Below, piece after piece: positions 52,481 to 61,400 of a DNA stretch of 64,000 nt. Below the pieces are notes generated by a model. The model was not told the DNA's origin, searched no databases, and saw only the letters and a program-made list of their open reading frames with translations. Made by a program: the position numbers and the translations under genes. The stretch's first letter is position 1. Every line of letters starts with the position of its first letter. Source of the DNA: a virus (taxonomy: Duplodnaviria > Caudoviricetes); the IMG/VR virus record IMGVR_UViG_2898748948_000004, positions 1 to 64,000 of that record, one strand, 5' to 3'.

Positions 52481-55400
52481 ATGAGCGCAAATGACCAATT
52501 CGACCCCAGCCGTGCCGTACCTGTGAACTCTGCCGCCAGCCAGAAGCCGGAAGACGACTTCAACCCTGGTCGTGCCGTACCGATGAATGCGGATAACGCT
52601 CTGGTGCGCGGCTGGAAGTCGATGAGCAACTCGGTGGGAATCACCAAGGATCTGGCAACGGGTGATGCAGCGGCTGTGGCGCGCCGAGTCAAGGAATTTG
52701 ACGACTACAACCGCGTCAATCCTGGCAGTCAGCAGGGTCAAGAGCTGTCCAAGGCATGGGAGCAAGGCGACGGCATCACGGGCGGCATCGCAGGCGTTGC
52801 CGGCGAAATCGCCAAGGATTGGAAGGAAGCACCCAACTGGGTAGGTGGCGTGCGCTCGGTGGCTGGCAATGCAAAAGCCATGGGCGATGGCCTGGTTGCC
52901 CAGGTGCCCAATATGCTGGCACCGATGGTCGGTATGGTGGGCGGTGGTGTTGCGGGCGGCGCGGCAGCGGGGCCGGTTGGTCTGGCTGCTGGTGCATGGG
53001 CAGGCGCCTCTGCTGGCAATACGCTGGTCGAGGGCGGTGGCATGCTCATGGATCGCCTGAACAAGGCTGGCATCAATCCTCAAGACACTGCGGCCGTGGA
53101 GAAGTTCACCCGCGAGCAAGGCGATGCTGCGCTGGGTGATGCTGCCATCAAAGGCGCCATCATCGGAGCCGTTGATGCAGCCACCGCTGGCGCTGGCGGC
53201 AAGATCCTGAACGCGCCGGCGAGAGCAGCGGCAGACCGTGCACTGACGAAGATGGGCGTTGACATGACGGACGGCGCGGCGGTCAAGGCCGCTCAGAAAT
53301 CCGATGCCTTCAAGGATCTGGTCGCCAAGGATGCGACCTTCCAGGCTGCAAGCTCAGGCGCTGGCAATGTTGCCCGTAACGTGGGCGTCGCTGCTCTTGA
53401 TCCCGCAGGCGAGTTTGCCGGCGAGTTCGTGGGACAGGGCGTTGCCACCGGTGACTGGGACACCAAGAACGCGGCATTGGAAGCGATCTCGTCCGTGGGG
53501 CAGTCGGCCCTCATGTACGGTGGCCAGAAGGCCTATCAGGCGGCGACCAGCCCCCTGCGGGACAAGCGCGCGAACGAGTCTGACAAGGCCGATGGCGAAC
53601 CGGAGGCAGGCAATCCAGTGCCGCTCATGCTGACCAATCAGCCCCCCGACACCTTGTTCACCCATCCAGACGGTTCTACAGGACGCCGCTCCGAAATGGA
53701 GTCGTACTTGAACAGTCTCAATGATGGGACGCCTGCCGGCGAGCGCCGGATGATGAAGGAGCGTGCCCGCTTGTTGGGCTATTCCTCGCCCGAGCCCTAC
53801 GAGTTTGAAATTCCTGATCTCGTGCCTTGGCAAGAGGACTATCGCAATCACTCCTTCGGTCTGCCGTATCAGCCACTGCAAGATCATCTGGGCGCCGTTC
53901 AAGCAGCCGTGCGTAGCGGAACCCAGTTCACAGATCAGCAGACTGTCGATGCTGTGCGCTCCACCATGGAAGACGCTTGGCTTGAGGCCAACGTAAAGCA
54001 GCAGCCCGCGTCGGCGGTCGAGGCAGCCAGCATTGCCGGTCAGCAGATGGAGCAAGAACTGGCCGCGGCGGCGCCTGGTGAGACAGGTTCCACAGCAGCT
54101 GTCGATGCCCAGGTGCGCACCAGCCGAATACTGTCTGGTCTGCAGAATGCCATGGACAGCGGTGCCATGGGAACAGCCCAGTCCATCAACTATCTGAACG
54201 AGGCCCTGACTCGCATTGGTGAGCAACCGCTCGCGCAGGACGAGGCAGCGCGCGCTCGCCGTCTGCTCGATGCGCATGCGGCATTCACCGGAAAAACCAC
54301 GCCCGCGCCACTGCCGGGTGATCTCGCCGCTCAAAACCCTTTGGTCGATGAGTTTGCCGACAACGCGGCATTGGAGTCCCTGGTTCGGCGCAAGCCATCT
54401 GAGCGACTGGGCATTGATCCCAGTGCCGGGCCCAACTCGAAAGCCGCAGCAATGGCGGTCGATGCGGCGCAGTCCGAGCCTGCAACCCCTGCCATCGATG
54501 CGGCTCAGCCTCTATCGCTCCAGAACCCGCTGTTGGCCATTTCATCCAGCAGGGAGAACGCCGCTCCAGCGGCATCGCCATTCAACATCAACGGAGATCT
54601 CGATGGCCGTGAAGCCTATCAAGCCCAGCAAATCAGAGCGCAACAGGCGCAAGCAAGAGCAGCGCAAGGCAGCGAAGCTGGTGGCCGACAAGACCAAAGC
54701 ATTTCAGGCATTGGCAGTGCACCTGGGCATTTGGGGCAAGGCGTAGGCTATGGCACCGCCCCAGCTATCAACAATGGCCCGCAAGTCCCAGCGCAGAATG
54801 CAACGCAAGGCCAAGCGTCAGAAGCTCAGACTGCTACGGAAACAGGAGCGCGCGAAACACGAGAACCCAGCACCTTCTCAAAGTATGCAGGTCAGAGTGA
54901 ATCCTCTGAGGCCAATGGCGCTATAAATTCAGAGGCGAAGCAGGCGGCGCAACCCGCTTCCGACGCCATGACCATCGGCAGCACCCCCAAGACTGGCGAT
55001 GCGGTGTCTGTGCGCGACGGCGTTGTGTATCTGGGTAACTATGAGGCGCTGGACTACGACAGTGGCGAACCCATCACGGTTCCCGCCGACGCAACTCGTG
55101 GCCAAGTGGCCCAGGCCCTGCGCGATGGCGGGGTACTGACCGACCGCCAAAAGGTCTTCGGCCTCAAAGACCGCGAGCATGAGCGCATATCCGGCCCGGT
55201 GGCCCCCGCCGTTCAAGCTCCGGCTCCTGCGCCGGCCGCCAATGCGCCTGCACCGAATCCTGCGAGGCTGCGCCAGCAGAAGGCCATCGAGCGTATCAAC
55301 AGCGAGAAGGGCGCCTACTTCTTCTCCAAGTCCAAGGCCGATGCATTCCTGGCCGATAACGATCTGCAGGACGGCTATGAGGTCGTGCAGCAAGAAAAAG

Positions 55401-58400
55401 CGTTTGCCATCAAAGCCAAGCAAGCGATCGCGGCAGCCGTGGAAGCGGAGGCGCCTGCTGCCGGAGAAGCCAATCCCGTCACCAATCAGAATTCTGGTAC
55501 CGGCATTTCCGGGCGCGATCTGGGCGACGGCTGGGCCGAATTTGCCCCTGAGTCGGGCACCAAGTCTGTGCCTCGGGCAGAAATGCCTCAGATCAAGGCC
55601 GAGCACCGCGGCGCCATGGTGAATTTCATGAACGCGCGCGGCGTGGCCCATGAAGAGGCGACAGTGCCTGCTTCCAGTCTCAAGCCCACCCAGCGCGAGT
55701 TCAGCCGCGAGAAGGTAGAGAAGGCCAAGGCCTATACCGGTGGCAATCGCGCCATCCTGACATCCAGCGACGGTCATGTGCTGGACGGCCATCACCAGTG
55801 GATGGCGGCGCGCGAGAACGACGAGGATGTGCGCACCATCCGCCTGGACGCGCCCATTGATGAGCTGGTGAAGCTGGCTCACGACTTCCCCAGCTCTACT
55901 GTTGCTGATGGCGCTACTGAAGGCCAAGCGAAGGAGGATCAGGGCGAAGCATCCCAAACAGCGGCAGAGCGTGCCACACAGTCGAATGCTGACTTCATCA
56001 AGGCGTTAGCAGAAGCCCGTAAGGAGCTGCCTGCTGGATTTGAGATCACCCCCATGGGTGACACGATCTCGCTCAAGGAGAAAGGCAAGTTCGCTGTTAA
56101 TGGGCTTGGCCGCAACCGTGCAGGGGTGGAAGAGGCTCTGCGACAGGCGAAGCAGCGTGATTCTCAGAATAAAGCTGAAGCCGCTGCACCTGAGCAAACC
56201 AAGGGTGAGAAGAAAAAACCGCGCCTGGCGGAAAGCGCTGATGCTCTGTGGAAGGCCATCAAGGAAGCAAGCAATGGTGTTGTTACCGAGCGCGGTATCC
56301 GCTATCCGATCATGGAAGTTGTCGGGGGCGATTGGTTCATGATGGATTCCAATGCCCGCTTGAAACTGATTGATCGTGGCGCTGCGAGCTTGTCCTACTC
56401 CGAGCCAACCGATGCTCAGATTGCTGAGTTTCACGATGCCTTGGAAAAAGACCAGGTGCAAGTGCGCGTGATGGAGCGTGCTGGTTACGAGTCCGACTAC
56501 AAGAACCCTAAGACCCTGCAAATCTTGCATAGCCCCTCTGGCATGGGCTTCAATTCGGCTGCCCGGTCTGTCATCCACAAGATGGCGTTCAAGAAGACGG
56601 AGGCCGAGCGCATTGAAAGTCAAGCTTCCGTCAAGAAGGCCGCAGAGCAGGAGGCCAGAAAGGCATCCCGCGAGGTCGAGCGTGACTTGTTCCGCCAGAT
56701 GACGGCGGCCAACGGCGGCATGGCCGGCAAGAGTCTGGATCAAGTGACCGATGCGCTCAAGCAGCAACTCGGCTCCCGCGACGCCAGCACCGCGCTCAAC
56801 CCGGTGCAGATTTCCCGTCTGGCTCGCGCCATCCATAAACAGCTGCAGGCCAATGCGGCACAGCTGGCTAAGGAAGCAGCGCGCGATCCCCAGGTGAAGG
56901 CTGATGCCCAGGCCGAGGCCTTGGGCAATGCCTTTGGCGAGGACGTATCGCCCCAGAGCAAGGGCGATTTCCTGCTGGGCTTTGACCACGCATTGGCTGG
57001 CAAGACCAAGAGCACGCTATCTGGTGCCGGCCTGGCCGACATGGTGAAGGGCTACGAGGCCGCGAGCGAATGGATGGGTACCGAGGAAGGTGCCGCCTGG
57101 TTTGAAGGCAAGCGCCGCAAGAAGCTGGAAAACACGGGTGTGGATCTGCGTCGCCACTGGGAGGCCATGAAGGCCCAGATGAAGGCCGGCGAGTCCGATA
57201 TGCAAAAGGCATGGAAGCAAATCGAAGCGGCCACTAACCGCGCCGAGCTGTTTGCGCCATATCTACCCGAGGGCTCTACCCCTGGCTGGGTGGCATACGT
57301 GTCTCAACTGCGCGGCATTACCAAGACGTTCAAGCAGTTCATGTTCGACGGCCGAGCAAGCTGGTATGGCTCTGTGGCTGTGTCTCGTAAGGGTAAGGAA
57401 GCGGCCAATCTGGAGTTCGTTCTGGACGGCAAGCGCTACCCCGGCGCCATGTCGATCGAGCAGCGCCAGCAGTGGCAGACCGACCCGGTGTTCCGCATGG
57501 CTCAGCTGCGCGAAGCTGCTGAGCTCTATATAGAGAAGGTGCAAGAACTCACGGCATTCCTTGACGGCGCCACATCGCTGAAGGAGGCCGCTGATCGCTT
57601 TGTGGACACCATGGTCGCGGAGAAGCACCAAGAAAAGGCCCGCAACCGCGACACCTACTACAGCCGCTATGAGCGCATCAATGCGGATCGCCTAGACGGT
57701 GTGCTGTACGGCGTTCACGGCGGTGGAGTGTTTGACCGTGGAGTGTGGAATGGCGACTCCTACGATTTCACCAAGTTCCGTGCGGCTAGTCCCTGGGCCT
57801 CGGGCCTGATTGCGAACGAGGCAACGCATGCGTTGCCCACGCGCGCCACGCCGCTGACACCGCCCAAGCTGGATCGTGTCGATCGCGCCATGTCCAAGGA
57901 TCATCGCGGCGGCAAGGATGTGACGCCCGCGCAGTTCAAGGCACAGTTCGGCTTCGCGGATGTGGGCTTTGGCAACTGGGTCGGAGCCAAGAACGACCAA
58001 GATCACCTGAACTACGCCTTCGACGCCTTCATGGATCTGGCTGAACACTTCGGCTTTGCGCCGAAGAACATCGGTCTGGGCGGTGTGCTGCATTTCACGG
58101 TAGGCGCGCTGGGTCATGGCAAGTTCGCTGCACATTTCAGTCCCAACCACCCTGGGCCCAATGGCCGCGTGCAGGTCATGAATTTGACCAACACCAAGGG
58201 TGACGGAACGGTGTACCACGAGTGGGCCCATGCACTTGACCACAACCTAGGTGGTGAATGGGATCGGGTCAAGGTCATGATCCTCAACGCTTTCAAGTTC
58301 AAGGCCTATGAGGCTTCGGACTGGGAGCGCGTGGCCCGCAATTTCCTAGTGGGCGGTTCCTACTGGCAGGGCAACAAGAACCAAGACAAGGTGGACGCGG

Positions 58401-61400
58401 CCATTCAAGGCCTGCGCTACTACGCCAACACCGGCGCTCGCCGCGGTCTGACAGCCTATAAAGAGAATGCCGACAAGCTGGGCAAGGACTATTGGGGCAA
58501 TGACGCCGAGCTGCTGGCACGCGCCGTTGAGGCCTGGTCTGCGGACAGCCTGGGCGGCATCAACTCCTATCTGGTCAATCAAGACTGGGTGGGCGACGGC
58601 AAGGTGACTCAGGCCAGCGGCTATCGCGGCACGCCGTATCCCACCGGTGGAGAGCGGGTAGTGTTTGGGCAGTACCTGACGGCTCTGGCCAAGTCCGTGA
58701 AGTTCACCGATGGCAAACCCACTGTGACCGTGACAGACTTCGAGAGGAATCTGCCTGCGAACATGGGTGCTGGTGAAGTGCGACGCAGGGAGCTGTTGTC
58801 CCGGGAGGGTATGCAGGCCTATTTCGAGCAGGTGCAGGAAGAGCGCGCCATGGCGGCCGAAGAGAAGGCCCGTCTTGAACTCGAGAAGCAGGCCGAGGAC
58901 AAAGCCAAGGTTGATGCCATGGCCGAACAGGCCCTGGCCGAGCTAGAGGCAATGAGCAAGCCCGCGGTAGTGGACGCTCCTGCACCTTCGGAATCCCGCG
59001 GCCCTCTGTCCGATGACGACCTGAGCGCAATCTTTGATCAGGCGGCAGCCGAGTTGCGCGAGCAAACCCAGGAGCAGCCGAATGTATCGGCCACCAACGA
59101 AGCAGCCGCTATCAGCGAAACTGTTGCTGCTACTGTACAAGCAGCGGCCGGACAGGCAGACAAGACCGCGGCTAAGCTGATTGCCGAGGCTGCTAAGCTG
59201 GGCGTGACCGGCGCCAATGAAGCGCTGTCGGGCCTGGCCAAGCTGTTCGGCGGCGGCAAGGGCGGTCGTCTGAACTCCTTCCCGGCCGGCTTCGATGAGG
59301 AAACCTACAAGGCGGCTAAGCCGCACTTCAAGGCTGCGCTCTCATCCTTCCAAGCAGCTGGCAAGTCTCTCAAGGATCTGTTCAAGCTGCTGATCCAGAA
59401 CTTTGGCGATGGGGTCAAGGATTACGCTATCCAGTTCGCCAAGGATGAGGGCCTGTCCGCGCAACTGGGCAAGGCACCAACTGCTGGCGCTGCTCGCAGC
59501 CCCTCGGGCGTACTGGCCGACTGGGTGAAATCCCAGCTAGAGCGCGGCGCGGCTGATGGCAGTTTCGACTGGCGCGCATTGTTTGAACAAGCTGATTCCG
59601 CCTTTGGTGGCACGCAGGCTGAGGGCAAGTACACGCCCAAGGATGCCTACGATGCCATGGAGGCGGGGGTTAACCATTTCATTCTGTCCCGTCCCGGCGA
59701 GTTCAACCCGAACGCCAGCCAGGATGCAGCTCACATCATCGTGGAACGTCTGCACCGCATCACGCAGATGCTGCCGACTCAGACGAAGCGCACTGCGGAA
59801 CAAGATGAGTTCCAGCAGTTCAGCACTGTCCCAGCCCTGGCCTATGCAGCCAACTGGGCGGCAAACATGGATAGCAGCGACACGATGCTGGAGCCCAGCG
59901 CCGGTATCGGCGGTCTGGCGGCCTTTGCGAAGAATGCAGGTGCTAAGCTGATCCTGAATGAACTCAGCAGCCGCCGCGCTGCCGTGTTGCGTGAGGTGTT
60001 CCCGGCAGCCAAGGTTTTCACGGAGAACGCTGAGCAGATCGACAACATCCTGCCCGCGACGGAGATCCCTTCCGTGGTGGTGATGAACCCACCCTTCAGC
60101 GCGACCGCTGGTCGCATTCAAGGCAAGCGTGACACGCATGTCGGCGCCCAGCATGTTGAGCAGGGCTTGAAGCGCCTGGCCGATGGTGGCCGTCTAGTGG
60201 CCATCGTGGGTGAGGGCATGAATCTCGACCGCCCGGCCTTTGCCGACTGGTGGAAGGGCATTCGCGCCAAGTATGACGTGCGCGCCGTGATCCCCATGGA
60301 TGGCTCCGGCTACGCCAAGTACGGCACGACCTTCGACAATGCCATTTTGGTGATCGACAAGGTGAAGCCGTCCAATCGTCCTATTGTCACAACTCCTGCC
60401 AAGACTTACAGTGACCTCATTGGCAGCCTTGCCGAGATCCGCAATGACCGACCAGAATCTATTTTCCCGTCAAACGATCGTGACGGACTTGAACTCGACG
60501 CCGCAGAGCATGCACTTGCTGAGTCTTCTCAAGCAGGCAGGGGTTCCGCACAACCCGAACAATCTGGTAGTGACCAGCGTTCTGATGTGGGCCGCGCAGA
60601 ATCTGGCCGGGGACAGGGGCTGGGCGCAGGAGGTGGAGGGCGCGGCAGCGCTGGCGGATCTGGAGTCGCCGGAAATGATGGCGCAAAATCTCGCCCAGGC
60701 CGAGGTGCTGGAAGCAACGACGCTCGAGGAAGCCGCGATGATTCTGCTACAGGAGGTGGCGGATCTGATGCCGCCCAATCAGCTCTAAGCATTCAGGCGA
60801 CTGAGCAGGCCGGCGATCCCGAAGCTGGCCTGAGTGACTCGATCTTTGAGTCCTACCAGCCCCAGCGTCTGCAAGTACCCGGTGCCAAGCCGCACCCCGG
60901 CCCGCTGGTGCAATCTTCGGCCATGGCCGCCGTGTTGCCGCCCGTACCGACTTACACCCCGAATCTGCCCAAGGAAACGATTGAAAAGGGCTTGCTGTCG
61001 ATCGCCCAGATTGAGGCAGTCGTTTATGCGGGCCAGGCCCATCAGGAATTGCTGGAGCCTATTACCGTTGATGGCAAGGATGTCGCTTATCGCCGCGGCT
61101 TCTTCATCGGTGACGGTACCGGTGTTGGTAAGGGGCGCGAGATCTCGGGCATCATTCTGGACAATATGCGCCAGGGCCGTGAAAAGGCTGTCTGGATTTC
61201 GGAGAAGCCCGGGCTGCTGCCCGACGCACAGCGCGATTACTCGGGCATCGGCGGCGATTCCAAGCAGATCTTCAATGTCAGCAAGACCAAGGCCGAAGAG
61301 CAGATCAACGCTGACAAGGGTATCGCCTTCCTGAGCTATGCCACTTTGCGCAGCGGCGCGAAGTCTCAGGAAAATGTTGCCACTCCCACCACCAAGGCAC

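Noticed and set aside
56040-56342. Another +1-frame ORF in the giant gene
   Set aside because: No ATG/RBS, R/S/W-rich composition typical of off-frame translation, and the giant frame looks protein-like there
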